Below, one piece after another: positions 38,459 to 48,430 of a stretch of DNA of 64,000 bases. The DNA is from an uncultured Bacilli bacterium (GTDB lineage Bacteria; Bacillota_I; Bacilli_A; RF39; UBA660): the NCBI GenBank assembly GCA_949505625.1, contig CATBQD010000010.1, positions 434 through 64,433 on the forward strand. The letters are read 5' to 3'. Both the position numbers and the translations under genes were made by a program. Below the pieces are notes generated by a model. It saw only the letters and a list, made by a program, of their open reading frames with translations, was not told where the DNA came from and made no database searches. The stretch's first letter is position 1, and the number at the start of each line of letters is the position of its first letter.

Positions 38459-39628
38459 ATGAAAGAATTGTTAAAGAGTAAGGTACGATTAAAAATTAGT
38501 GGCAGAAATATAGAACGATTTATTCATAGACTTTATAGTCATCATATTGAGATTTTAAAATTAGAATATATAAGTTATAAAACAGTGATTATTACAATTT
38601 ATGCAGAATGTTACGATAAAGTTATGGAATTAAAAACGATTTATGAAATAGACGAAGTAGGAACCTCTGGAATGATAGAAATCAAAAAGAAAATGAAACT
38701 CAATCGTTTTTTTATCATTGGACTAGCTTTAGCGCTTATTTTTTTATATGGATTATCCAATATTATGTATGATATTGAAATTATCCATACCAATAAAGAA
38801 CTACGCACTCTTTTATATAAAGAACTAGAAGAACATGGAATTAAAAAGGGGAGTATTAAAAAAAATTTTTCTGAATTAGAAAAGATAAAAGAAAAGATTA
38901 TAAATGAAAATAGGGATAAAATAGAATGGTTGGAAATAGAGGCAGTTGGAACAAAATATGTTGTACGAGTTGAAATGAGAAAATTAGAACCGTCAAAGGA
39001 AAAAACGGAAAATAGAAATGTAGTCGCTAAAAAAAGTGCAATCATAAAAAGGATAGAAGCAAGTAAAGGAGAAATTGTAAAGAATACGAATGATTATGTT
39101 AGTGCTGGGGATATTATTATTAGTGGGGATTTAAAATTAAATGAAGAAAAAAAAGACACAGTAGCAGCTGAAGGGACAGTATATGGAGAAGTTTGGTATA
39201 AAGTAACTGTATCTTATCCATTTGCTTATAGAGAAGAGAAAATGACAGGAAAAAAACAAACTGCATATATATTACGATTTTTAAATCAGAAAATTCAGTT
39301 ATTTCCATTTCACTATTATAAAACAAAAAAAGTGGAGGAGAATATTCTTTTAAAGCATTCCTTTTTACCGTTTTATTTTTCTAAAGAAGAACAGGCAGAA
39401 ACGATAGAAATAGATGAATTAAATACGGAAGATGAAGCAATTAGTAAAGCGAGTGCCCTTGCTAGAAAGAAATTAGAAAGTCAACTTTCTGACAAAGAAG
39501 AAATAATTAGTCAAAAAAATTTGAAAGTCGAAGTAAAAGATAGTAGAATAGTATTAGAGATATTTTTTACAGTATTAGAAGATATTACAAGTTATCAAAA
39601 TATAACAGAGGAAATAGAAAGTAAGTAG
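38459..39628 (+). CDS. yqfD: sporulation protein YqfD (stage IV)
   Basis: 389-aa protein with a single TM helix near residue 85. The position and size match YqfD. Confidence 0.65.
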   Translation: MKELLKSKVRLKISGRNIERFIHRLYSHHIEILKLEYISYKTVIITIYAECYDKVMELKTIYEIDEVGTSGMIEIKKKMKLNRFFIIGLALALIFLYGLSNIMYDIEIIHTNKELRTLLYKELEEHGIKKGSIKKNFSELEKIKEKIINENRDKIEWLEIEAVGTKYVVRVEMRKLEPSKEKTENRNVVAKKSAIIKRIEASKGEIVKNTNDYVSAGDIIISGDLKLNEEKKDTVAAEGTVYGEVWYKVTVSYPFAYREEKMTGKKQTAYILRFLNQKIQLFPFHYYKTKKVEENILLKHSFLPFYFSKEEQAETIEIDELNTEDEAISKASALARKKLESQLSDKEEIISQKNLKVEVKDSRIVLEIFFTVLEDITSYQNITEEIESK

Positions 39629-39637
39629 GTGGTAAAT

Positions 39638-40243
39638 ATGTTTCGCTCTACTTTTTTAAGTATCTTTAGTGAAACTTGGCCTATGATTTTAATATGTTCT
39701 GTGATTATTGTATCCATGAGAATTGTATGGGTCATCAAAGAAAAAAAAGAAATCATTTTTTATAAAGAATTGTTAGGGCTATGTTTCATTATTTATGTCA
39801 TGTGTTTATTCTATGTTGTTACATTCCAAGATGTTAGTTGGTCAACTTCCAATCTTATTCCTTTTAAAGAGATGTTCCGTTACCGACTTGGGTCTACATT
39901 ATTTTTTAAAAATGTTTTAGGAAACATGATTATGTTTATGCCATATGGCTTTTTTGTCTCATATTTTCTGAAATTAAAAAAACCACTTTCAATTTTTTTA
40001 CTCTCAATTTTAACTTCCTTTACGATTGAGTTTACTCAACTACAAATAGGAAGGGTATTTGATGTAGACGATATTGTCCTAAATATTGTAGGAGCACTCC
40101 TCGGTTTTCTTATCTATCATTTTATTAATAAACTAAAGGAATATATGCCACCAATATTGAAAAAACAAATAATTTATAATATACTAATAATAGCATTAAT
40201 TGCAGGAGCAATTTTGTATTTATGTAATTGGGGAGTCGTATAA
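39638..40243 (+). CDS. VanZ-like family membrane protein
   Basis: 4-5 TM helices with the VanZ-like pattern. RBS AGGTGG precedes ATG 39638. Confidence 0.6.
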   Translation: MFRSTFLSIFSETWPMILICSVIIVSMRIVWVIKEKKEIIFYKELLGLCFIIYVMCLFYVVTFQDVSWSTSNLIPFKEMFRYRLGSTLFFKNVLGNMIMFMPYGFFVSYFLKLKKPLSIFLLSILTSFTIEFTQLQIGRVFDVDDIVLNIVGALLGFLIYHFINKLKEYMPPILKKQIIYNILIIALIAGAILYLCNWGVV

Positions 40244-40693
40244 ATGAATGAAATTGGAATATTTAATGAAACAGAAGAAACAATTGATTTAGAAGCATTA
40301 AGAAAATTAATGGAGTATGCAACAGAAAAAGAAAATATAGAAAACGCAATTTTTAATATTATTTTTATTGATAATGAAAAAATTCATAAAATGAATAAAG
40401 AATATCGTGGAATTGATAGACCAACTGATGTCATTTCATTTGCATTAGAAGATGATGATACTTGTATTCAAATAGAAGATACACCTAGAATGTTAGGGGA
40501 TATTTATATCTCAACAGAAAAAGCGAAAGAACAAGCAGAAGAATATGGACACTCTTTCAAACGAGAAATTTCTTTTTTGGCCATTCATGGATTATTACAT
40601 CTTCTTGGATATGACCATATGGAAAAAGAAGAAGAGAAAATCATGTTTGAGCGTCAGGAGTTGATTTTAGATGGATTTGGAATCACGCGATAA
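40244..40693 (+). CDS. ybeY: rRNA maturation endoribonuclease YbeY
   Basis: Metal-binding motif HGLLHLLGYDH. Confidence 0.85.
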   Translation: MNEIGIFNETEETIDLEALRKLMEYATEKENIENAIFNIIFIDNEKIHKMNKEYRGIDRPTDVISFALEDDDTCIQIEDTPRMLGDIYISTEKAKEQAEEYGHSFKREISFLAIHGLLHLLGYDHMEKEEEKIMFERQELILDGFGITR

Positions 40694-40703
40694 TAGGAAA
40701 AAA

Positions 40704-41069
40704 ATGGGGCCAAAAAGGCTTCTGAATAGTTTTAAATATGCAATCGAAGGATTTTTCTATACAGTCAAAAATGAACAAAATATGGTGATTCATTTACTCG
40801 TAACAATGATTGTAATCGTTGGTGGAATATTCTTTAAAATTAGTCTTTTAGAATGGCTAGTTTGTTTATTATTTATTGGTCTAGTCATTGGAACCGAACT
40901 ATTAAATACAGCAATAGAAGCTGCTATCGATTTAACTTGCCCAGATAAAAATTCCTTAGCCAAAGTAGCAAAAGATACTGCAGCAGCAGCCGTTATGGTT
41001 TTTGCTTTGGCCGCATTGATTGCTGGAATCATTATCTTTTTACCAAAAATAATAGAATTGTTGAAATAG
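40704..41069 (+). CDS. dgkA: diacylglycerol/undecaprenol kinase
   Basis: ~120 aa, 3 TM helices, DgkA-like conserved segment (ELLNTAIEAAID). Canonical position after ybeY. Confidence 0.7.
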   Translation: MGPKRLLNSFKYAIEGFFYTVKNEQNMVIHLLVTMIVIVGGIFFKISLLEWLVCLLFIGLVIGTELLNTAIEAAIDLTCPDKNSLAKVAKDTAAAAVMVFALAALIAGIIIFLPKIIELLK

Positions 41070-41079
41070 GGGATGTATT

Positions 41080-41469
41080 ATGAAAGAACAGTTAAAACAA
41101 TTATTAGAAAACTCTTATAGTCCGTATTCTAAATTTAGAGTAGCAGCTATTTTGGTTATGAAAGATGGACAAACTTTTCATGGAGTAAATGTAGAAAATG
41201 CATCGTATGGAGCAGCAATATGTGCTGAAAGAAGTGCCTTTGTTAGTGCGATTAGCTCTGGATATAAACCACATGATTTTGAAACATTATATGTGATGTG
41301 TGATAGTCCTAAAATTAGTACTTGTTGTTTTCTATGTAGACAAGTAATCGCTGAAATGATGGAACCAGATAAAAAAATAATCTGTATGAATAATCTTGGA
41401 GAAAAAAAAGAATTTACAGTAAAGGAACTATGTCCTTATCCATTTGATGAAAAGGATTTAAATATATGA
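41080..41469 (+). CDS. cdd: cytidine deaminase
   Basis: Zinc-binding CAER motif (AAICAERSA) and PC..C (SPKISTCCFLCRQ). Confidence 0.85.
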   Translation: MKEQLKQLLENSYSPYSKFRVAAILVMKDGQTFHGVNVENASYGAAICAERSAFVSAISSGYKPHDFETLYVMCDSPKISTCCFLCRQVIAEMMEPDKKIICMNNLGEKKEFTVKELCPYPFDEKDLNI

Positions 41470-42353
41470 AAAGTGGATTTGTAAGTTTAATTGGAAGACC
41501 AAATGTCGGGAAATCAACATTACTAAATGAAATCATAGGAACCAAAGTAGCAATCACATCTCCAAAACCCCAAACAACAAGAAATATCATACAAGGAATT
41601 TATAATGATAAAGAAACACAAATTGTATTTGTAGATACTCCTGGAATTCATAAACCAACACATCAACTAGGCAAAGTTTTAAATAAACAAGCTTATTATA
41701 GTATTGATGACGTTGATGTTATCTTATTCTTGGTGGATGTGAGCGAAGCCTTAGGACCTGGAGATAAGTACATCATAGAGAAATTAAAAGAAACAAAAAA
41801 GCCAGTCTTACTTATTTTAAATAAAATTGATAAAATTCCAAAAGAAAAAATATTAGAAAAAATTGTAGAATATAAAGATTTATATGATTTTAAAGAAATT
41901 ATCCCTGTATCGGCTTTAAAAAAGGATAATATAAAAGATATGATTCAGTCATTAAAAAATTATTTACCTGACCAGATACAGTATTTTGACTCAAATACAG
42001 TAACAAATCAATCTACATCATTTTTAATTTCAGAAATGGTAAGAGAAAAAGTATTTTTATTAACAGAAGAAGAAGTGCCACATTCAGTTACTTGTGTAAC
42101 AGAAGCGATTGAAAAAAAGAAAGATAGTCTTCATGTACATGTTGCTATTATTGTAGATAGAGATTCTTTAAAACGAATTATCATTGGAAAAAATGGTTCT
42201 ATGATTAAAGAAATTGGAATAAAGGCAAGAACTAATATTGAACACATTTTAGGGAAAAAAGTATATTTAGAATTGTTTGTGAAAACGATAAAAAAATGGA
42301 GAGATAAAGAAAAATATCTAATGGAATTTGGATATTATGATTTTGAAAAGTAA
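41466..42353 (+). CDS. era: GTPase Era
   Basis: G1 GRPNVGKST, G3 DTPG, G4 NKID and a C-terminal KH domain. Confidence 0.9.
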   Translation: MKSGFVSLIGRPNVGKSTLLNEIIGTKVAITSPKPQTTRNIIQGIYNDKETQIVFVDTPGIHKPTHQLGKVLNKQAYYSIDDVDVILFLVDVSEALGPGDKYIIEKLKETKKPVLLILNKIDKIPKEKILEKIVEYKDLYDFKEIIPVSALKKDNIKDMIQSLKNYLPDQIQYFDSNTVTNQSTSFLISEMVREKVFLLTEEEVPHSVTCVTEAIEKKKDSLHVHVAIIVDRDSLKRIIIGKNGSMIKEIGIKARTNIEHILGKKVYLELFVKTIKKWRDKEKYLMEFGYYDFEK

Positions 42354-42402
42354 TTTGTATAAAATAAAAGATTCAGTCTCACTATAAAAATAAGGTGAGA
42401 TT

Positions 42403-42483
42403 ATGAAAAAAGAATTATTATGGGAATTATTTAGACAAACAGGAAAAATAGAATATTATATGAAGTGGAAAAAGGAGAAATAG
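42403..42483 (+). CDS. YqzL-family micro-protein (26 aa; not in the supplied ORF track)
   Basis: MKKELLWELFRQTGKIEYYMKWKKEK, with RBS AAGGTGAG. Its position between era and recO matches B. subtilis yqzL, and the W..F..TG.IE.Y pattern is shared. Confidence 0.5.
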   Translation: MKKELLWELFRQTGKIEYYMKWKKEK

Positions 42484-42484
42484 T

Positions 42485-42709
42485 ATGGAAGTAGTAGTTG
42501 GAGGAACTTATAAACATTTTAAAGGAACATTACATAAAGTAATTGCAGTAGCAAAACATTCAGAAACATTAGAAGAAATGGTAGTTTATACCCATGAAGA
42601 TACAGGAGAAGTATGGGTTAGACCATATGATTTATTTACATCAAAAGTAGATAGAGAAAAATATCCAGAAGTAGAGCAAGAGTACCGTTTCGAGTATACT
42701 GGTGAATAA
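42485..42709 (+). CDS. DUF1653-like small protein
   Basis: GGTYKHFKGTLHKVIAVAKHSETLEEMVVY resembles DUF1653. Confidence 0.55.
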   Translation: MEVVVGGTYKHFKGTLHKVIAVAKHSETLEEMVVYTHEDTGEVWVRPYDLFTSKVDREKYPEVEQEYRFEYTGE

Positions 42710-42711
42710 CA

Positions 42712-43452
42712 GTGATTGAAAAAGTAGAAGGTATTATTTTAAATGTAAAAAGCTATGGAGAAACAAGTAAAATTGTGAACGTTTTAACCAAGGAACATGG
42801 AATTATTGGACTCATGGCAAAAGGCGCTAAGGGAATGAAAAGTGATTTAAGAAGTGTCACAGATAAGCTAACTTATGGCTTTTTTCATATCTATTATAAA
42901 GAAAATAAACTGTCTAATTTAACGAGTGTAGATGTTATTAATCCTTATCGGAATTTAAAAACAGATATTGTAAGAATCAGTTATGCTAGTTTTTTATTAG
43001 AACTAACAGAACAAGTATACAAGCAAAATAGCAATGATAGGATTTATGACTTATTAATAGAAGGTCTTGCAAAAATAAATGAAGGCTATGACCCAATGAT
43101 TATTACGAATATATTAGAACTGAAATATCTTTATTTTTTAGGAGTAATGCCAGTAATTGATGCTTGTAGTATTTGCGGAAGTAAAGCATCGATTGTGACA
43201 CTTTCTAGTGTAAAAGGTGGATATATATGTAAGAATTGTTATGCCAATGAAAGAATTGTAAGTAGCAATACAATCAAATTAATTAGAATGTTTTATTATG
43301 TAGATGTTTCAAAAATTACAAAACTAGAAGTAAAAGACCAAAGCAAACGAGAGATTAATGCCTTTTTGGACGAATATTATGGAGAATATACTGGGTTATA
43401 TTTGAAAAGTAAAGAGTTTTTAAAAAATATTAGTAAAGCAACAATTAGTTAG
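42712..43452 (+). CDS. recO: DNA repair protein RecO (GTG start)
   Basis: ~246 aa, with an N-terminal OB fold and a C-terminal Cys4 zinc motif (CSICGS...CKNC). Canonical position after era. Confidence 0.8.
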   Translation: MIEKVEGIILNVKSYGETSKIVNVLTKEHGIIGLMAKGAKGMKSDLRSVTDKLTYGFFHIYYKENKLSNLTSVDVINPYRNLKTDIVRISYASFLLELTEQVYKQNSNDRIYDLLIEGLAKINEGYDPMIITNILELKYLYFLGVMPVIDACSICGSKASIVTLSSVKGGYICKNCYANERIVSSNTIKLIRMFYYVDVSKITKLEVKDQSKREINAFLDEYYGEYTGLYLKSKEFLKNISKATIS

Positions 43453-43460
43453 GAGTTTAT

Positions 43461-43898
43461 ATGAAGGAATATATATATTTAGCATGTCCATTTATGACTT
43501 TAATTACATGCCAAGTCATAAAATTTGGAGCAGAATCTTGGATGGCAAAAGAATTAAAATGGGGAAGATTGTTTAATGGAAGTGGAGGAATGCCAAGTAG
43601 TCATACTTCGTTTACTTTTTCTTTAACTTGGTTGATTGGTCTCAGACTTGGATTTGATACCCCATTATTTGCAGTCGCTCTTGTTTTTTCTATTATTGTC
43701 GGATATGATGCGATGGGTCTTAGAAGAGAAAGCGGTAGGCAAGCCGCAGCGATTAATCAAATTTTTGATGAAGTATTTAGTAAGAATGCAGAAACAGGAA
43801 TGTTGCATTTGAAAGAGCAAGTAGGACACAAACCATTAGAAGTGTTTGTGGGTGCATTACTTGGAATTAGTATGGCTTTGCTTTTTTCGCACATTTGA
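43461..43898 (+). CDS. divergent PAP2 family protein (DUF212/YuiD-like)
   Basis: GGMPSSHTSF motif. Confidence 0.6.
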   Translation: MKEYIYLACPFMTLITCQVIKFGAESWMAKELKWGRLFNGSGGMPSSHTSFTFSLTWLIGLRLGFDTPLFAVALVFSIIVGYDAMGLRRESGRQAAAINQIFDEVFSKNAETGMLHLKEQVGHKPLEVFVGALLGISMALLFSHI

Positions 43899-43983
43899 CA
43901 TCGAAAGATGTTTTTTTCTCGCTTTGTAATTGCAATTTCACAAATACAATGTTAAACTATAATATAGGAAAGTAGATGATAAA

Positions 43984-45933
43984 ATGGAAAAGAAATTGGT
44001 AAAAGATACAACAAAAGAAGACCATTATGTTGAGATTGCTGTGGGGTTTAAAATTATATATAACCAAAATCAGTATTTGGCATACACCGAAGTTCCTAAG
44101 AAAAAAAAGGATGTTCGTTTAGAAATTTATATTGGAAGAGTTTCATTCTTAAAAGATCAATATTTATTATTTAAATGCGAAACGGATTCTGAAAGACGTC
44201 AAGTATTTTCATATTTTAAGCAAGTATTTTCAGGAGAAGTTAATAATGAAATTGAAATTGTTGATTTCAGTATGATTGAGAGAATGAGTATTGTAAGTTC
44301 TGATGTATTTGAAGAAAAAATGGATCAATATCCTAACTTTTTTACGCTTCCTAAGAAAGAAGAAGAAATAAGTGCGAATATCACATTGCCTAGCTTTTTG
44401 ATGAAAAAGACTTCTAAAATAAAAGATCAACCAGAAGAAATACAATTTGTAGGAGATAGTGATGAAGTGTTAGAATCAAATGTAGAAGCTCCAGCCAATA
44501 CAGAAATAGAACAAGCAATACAAATGCCAACAACACAACAAGCTAATCAAGCTAATATTGCAGAATCATCACCAGTGGAGACAACAATGAATCCTAGTAC
44601 AACACCTGCTATACCGGATAATACCAACAATGTTCAAGCAGAAGTTCCATTTATGGAAAATCCTAGTACTTTAACTACAACTCCTACAGTACAACCAATT
44701 GTTGTAAATAACATAGATTCTTCCACAGTTCAAACACCTAATTTAACAGAAACCATAAATCAAAATGTTGAGCTTCAGCAATCAAGGAATAATGTGGAGT
44801 TACCAGTAGAACAACCTGTACCAAATATGGCAAATGAAATACAATCAAACATTCAAGTTCCAGTAATGCAACAAGCGGTATCCAATGAAATTGTGCCACC
44901 AGTAGCGCCAGCCTTAAATAATCAAAATATTGGGGTATCTCCAGTACAACCATCATTGAATCCAGAACCTATAGTGGAACAACCAGTGAAATTTGAACAA
45001 ATCAATGGTAAAAAAGAAAAAACAAAAAAAGAAAAGAAAAAAGGAAAAACAAGTATAATAGTACTTATGATTATTACTCTGTTATTGATAGCTTCTGTTG
45101 CTGTGGTTTATGTATTTGTATTAGAACCAAAAATGAATGAACAGACAAATAAACCAAATAATCCTCCAATCAAAGAACCAGAAACTCCAAAAACTTCAGA
45201 ATTGGTATGTACAATAGAAATCAATGGAGACGATAATAGTCTGGAAAATAAAACAATTACTTTTGTCTATGATAACACAAGTAAAAATATTTTAAGTTCT
45301 AAAGAACATACGATTGTTACAATGCCAGATGAAGATATTTATATGGAAAGAAAAGCAATGATTAAAGTATTCAGTCAAGAGTTAAAGAATACAGATGGTC
45401 AAAAATATACATTTAAATATGATGATAAAAAATATATTTACGAAGTATTTATTGAAAGAGATTATGAAAAGGCATTAGATACCGAAAAAGATGAAACATG
45501 GAAATATACATATGATGAAGCAAATGAATACTACTTGGGAGAAGGATATACTTGTAATGGAATAAAGAAAGAACCATCAAATGAAAAGAAATTAACAAGC
45601 ACAACAAGAAGTAACACTGTCGATTATAATAATTGGGTTGTTACTTATCAAAAAGCAGTTTTATCTGAGGATAAAGCAACATTATCTGTTACATTAGAAG
45701 TAAAAAACAATGGTTCAGAAATGAGAACTTTAAATGGAGAATTAAAATTATTTGATAAGGATAATCAAAATGTTAGAAAAATCAAATTAAATCAACAAAT
45801 TGCAGCAGGTGAAACAAGTATGATTGTTTTAGAGATAAAAAGCGAAAATGAAAGTAAAAATCCAGAATTAGGCATTTTAGAAACAATTGATTTTGAAAAT
45901 ATTACACAATATCTAATTGAGCTTTATCGTTAA
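43984..45933 (+). CDS. membrane-anchored protein with a Pro/Gln/Asn/Thr-rich low-complexity linker and a C-terminal extracytoplasmic domain
   Basis: N-terminal ~110 aa soluble domain, ~230 aa P/Q/N/T-rich linker, a K-rich stretch, one TM helix (IIVLMIITLLLIASVAVVYVFV), then a ~280 aa C-terminal domain. Confidence 0.55.
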   Translation: MEKKLVKDTTKEDHYVEIAVGFKIIYNQNQYLAYTEVPKKKKDVRLEIYIGRVSFLKDQYLLFKCETDSERRQVFSYFKQVFSGEVNNEIEIVDFSMIERMSIVSSDVFEEKMDQYPNFFTLPKKEEEISANITLPSFLMKKTSKIKDQPEEIQFVGDSDEVLESNVEAPANTEIEQAIQMPTTQQANQANIAESSPVETTMNPSTTPAIPDNTNNVQAEVPFMENPSTLTTTPTVQPIVVNNIDSSTVQTPNLTETINQNVELQQSRNNVELPVEQPVPNMANEIQSNIQVPVMQQAVSNEIVPPVAPALNNQNIGVSPVQPSLNPEPIVEQPVKFEQINGKKEKTKKEKKKGKTSIIVLMIITLLLIASVAVVYVFVLEPKMNEQTNKPNNPPIKEPETPKTSELVCTIEINGDDNSLENKTITFVYDNTSKNILSSKEHTIVTMPDEDIYMERKAMIKVFSQELKNTDGQKYTFKYDDKKYIYEVFIERDYEKALDTEKDETWKYTYDEANEYYLGEGYTCNGIKKEPSNEKKLTSTTRSNTVDYNNWVVTYQKAVLSEDKATLSVTLEVKNNGSEMRTLNGELKLFDKDNQNVRKIKLNQQIAAGETSMIVLEIKSENESKNPELGILETIDFENITQYLIELYR

Positions 45934-45939
45934 AAACTA

Positions 45940-46095
45940 TTGACGATTAGAAAAATTATGAGTAAAATATAAATAATCAATGCGATGACTGGCTTGGAAA
46001 CCAAGAGCAATATAAAAGAAAGCTGATTCTCTTAGAATAAGTAAGGTGGAACCGCGGGGTAACTCGTCCTTACATTCTAAGAGAATTTTTGTTTC
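45940..46095 (+). promoter_or_regulatory. Promoter (TTGACG, 17 nt spacer, TAAAAT) plus a short glycine T-box leader with terminator upstream of glyQS
   Basis: GGC specifier context (gactggcttgg), T-box sequence aaggtggaaccgcgggg, and terminator helix ctcttagaat...attctaagag plus a T-run. The short length is consistent with glyQS-type T-boxes, which lack stem II. Confidence 0.65.
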
Positions 46096-46123
46096 TCATT
46101 GATAATAGAAAAGAGGAGATTAT

Positions 46124-47497
46124 ATGGAAAAAGTAACAATGGATAAGATTGTGAATTTATGCAAACAATATGGTTTTATTTTTAAAGGAAGTGAAATATA
46201 TGGTGGTCTTGCCAATACTTGGGATTATGGACCGCTTGGAGTAGAACTTAAAAATAATGTAAAAAAAGCATGGATGAAAAAGTTTGTACAAGAAAGTATT
46301 TATAATGTTGGTATGGATAGTGCAATTTTAATGAATCCTAAGACATGGGAGGCAAGCGGACATTTAGCTACTTTTTCAGATCCTTTGATTGACTGTAAAG
46401 AGTGTAAAACGAGACATCGTGCGGATAAATTAGTAGAAGAACACAGTGGAATAGAAGCTGGTGGTTGGAGCAATGAAAAATTGTTAGATTACATTAAAGA
46501 ACATAAGATTGTATGTCCAAATTGTGGTAAATTAAATTATACAGATATTAGACAATTCAATTTGATGTTTAAAACGTTTCAGGGGGTAACCGAAGATGCA
46601 AAAAGTACAGTTTATTTAAGACCGGAAACAGCTCAAGGAATATTCGTAAACTTTATGAATGTACAGAGAAGTATGAGATTAAAAGTGCCATTTGGAATAG
46701 CACAAGTTGGAAAAAGTTTTAGAAATGAAATTACTCCAGGTAATTTTACCTTTAGAACTCGTGAATTTGAACAAATGGAACTAGAATTTTTCTGTAAACC
46801 AGGTACTGAACTAGAATGGTTCAATTATTGGAAAGAATATTGCTATAATTGGTTATTAAATTTAGGAATGAAAAAAGAAAGTATTCGAACACGTGACCAC
46901 GAAAAAGAAGAACTTAGTCATTATAGCAATGCCACAACAGATTTTGAATTCTTATTCCCATTTGGTTGGGGAGAACTATGGGGAGTTGCCAGTAGAACCG
47001 ATTATGATTTAACACAACATCAAAACGTTTCAAAACAAAGTTTAGAATATTTAGACCCCGAAACAAATGAAAAATATATTCCTTATGTAATTGAACCGAG
47101 CTTAGGAGCAGATAGAGTTGTGCTTGCGTTTTTATGTGATGCATATCATACAGAAACACTAGAAAATGAGGAAGTTAGAGAAGTATTATCACTTCATCCA
47201 GCACTTGCACCATATAAAGTGTCTATTCTTCCGCTTATCAAAAAATATCATTCTGAAAAAGCAATGGAAATTTATAAAATGCTAGCTTCTCATTTTATGG
47301 TAACTTATGATGAAGCAGGAAATATTGGAAAGAGATATCGTAGAAGTGATGTTATAGGAACTCCGTATGCAATTACAGTTGACGATAATACATTGAATGA
47401 AAATACAGTCACAGTAAGAGATAGGGATACAATGGAACAAGTTACATTAAAAATAGAAAATGTTGTATCTTATATAGAAGAAAAACTAAAATTTTAG
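46124..47497 (+). CDS. glyQS: glycine--tRNA ligase (homodimeric class II, GlyQS type)
   Basis: 457 aa with class II motifs ([25 protein letters not shown]; [10 protein letters not shown]). Confidence 0.9.
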   Translation: MEKVTMDKIVNLCKQYGFIFKGSEIYGGLANTWDYGPLGVELKNNVKKAWMKKFVQESIYNVGMDSAILMNPKTWEASGHLATFSDPLIDCKECKTRHRADKLVEEHSGIEAGGWSNEKLLDYIKEHKIVCPNCGKLNYTDIRQFNLMFKTFQGVTEDAKSTVYLRPETAQGIFVNFMNVQRSMRLKVPFGIAQVGKSFRNEITPGNFTFRTREFEQMELEFFCKPGTELEWFNYWKEYCYNWLLNLGMKKESIRTRDHEKEELSHYSNATTDFEFLFPFGWGELWGVASRTDYDLTQHQNVSKQSLEYLDPETNEKYIPYVIEPSLGADRVVLAFLCDAYHTETLENEEVREVLSLHPALAPYKVSILPLIKKYHSEKAMEIYKMLASHFMVTYDEAGNIGKRYRRSDVIGTPYAITVDDNTLNENTVTVRDRDTMEQVTLKIENVVSYIEEKLKF

Positions 47498-47517
47498 AAG
47501 CGAAAGCTTCTTTTTTA
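47497..47517 (+). terminator. Rho-independent terminator of glyQS
   Basis: gaagc-gaaa-gcttc followed by ttttttat. Confidence 0.7.
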
Positions 47518-47649
47518 TGTAAAAATTAGGATTTTGTCATAGTTTTATCAAATAATAGTATTGAAGGAAAGTTTTTATCTACTTGACAAAAAAATAAAAC
47601 TCTATTATGATGTAGATAGAAGCCTTTCTGGAAATGAAAGAGGGTTTTG

Positions 47650-48140
47650 ATGAAACAAAACAAGTTATATGGATTAAGATATGATGTAACTTTTAAAAAA
47701 ATTTATACTCAAAAATGATATTTAAAGCAACTATTAAAAGAAGTTTTTCATGAGGAAATAGGTGATTTTTGGTATTTAGATAGAAAATTTACAAAGGAAA
47801 ATAAAAATTTAAGATATCGAGTGAGTGATTTAGTGATAGAGACAAAAGAAAAAATTATCATTATAGAACTTCAAAATATGAATTTAAAAACATACAAAAA
47901 ATTGAAGGAGGAAGAGAATATGGAAATGAGTTTTGAGCAAGCAACATATATGATTAAATTGCATGCAATGCAAAAAGGAGAAATATGTGGCGTAAAAAAG
48001 GGAAATTGGAAACTGCACTTTTTATGTTACAAGAAGGATTAGATTTATCTCTGATTCAAAAAGTTACAGGTTTAACAAGGAAAGAGATTTTAAATGAAGA
48101 AAAACACTTGAACAAAAGTGAAATAATTATTATTAACTAA
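47650..48140 (+). pseudogene. Degraded Rpn/YhgA-like PD-(D/E)XK recombination-promoting nuclease/putative transposase gene
   Basis: The N-terminal family hallmark (MKQNKLYGLRYDVTFKKIYTQK) is followed by a stop codon. The coding sense continues in other frames (DLVIETKEKIIIIELQN; LTRKEILNEEKHL). A promoter-like TTGACA...TATGAT lies upstream. Confidence 0.5.
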
Positions 48141-48430
48141 AAAATATATATAGCAATAATTTATGGTATCAGGAAAAGTGATGCTTTTTTCTTGTTCTTT
48201 TTTCGGTTGTGTGTTAAAATGAATTTAGAATAGGAGTGGTGGCTAGTGGAAGAAAAAAATTATTTTGAGCGTAATTTAACAGATCGTGAAAAAATGGTTT
48301 ATTATTTTGAAAAATATAAAGAAGCTTTAACTTGTAAGCATGAAAATGAAGCAAGCAAATTTCTACATTTAGCAAATCACTACTTAAAACAAAGTCAGAT
48401 TATAAAAGAAGAAAAGTCGGAGTAAAAAAA

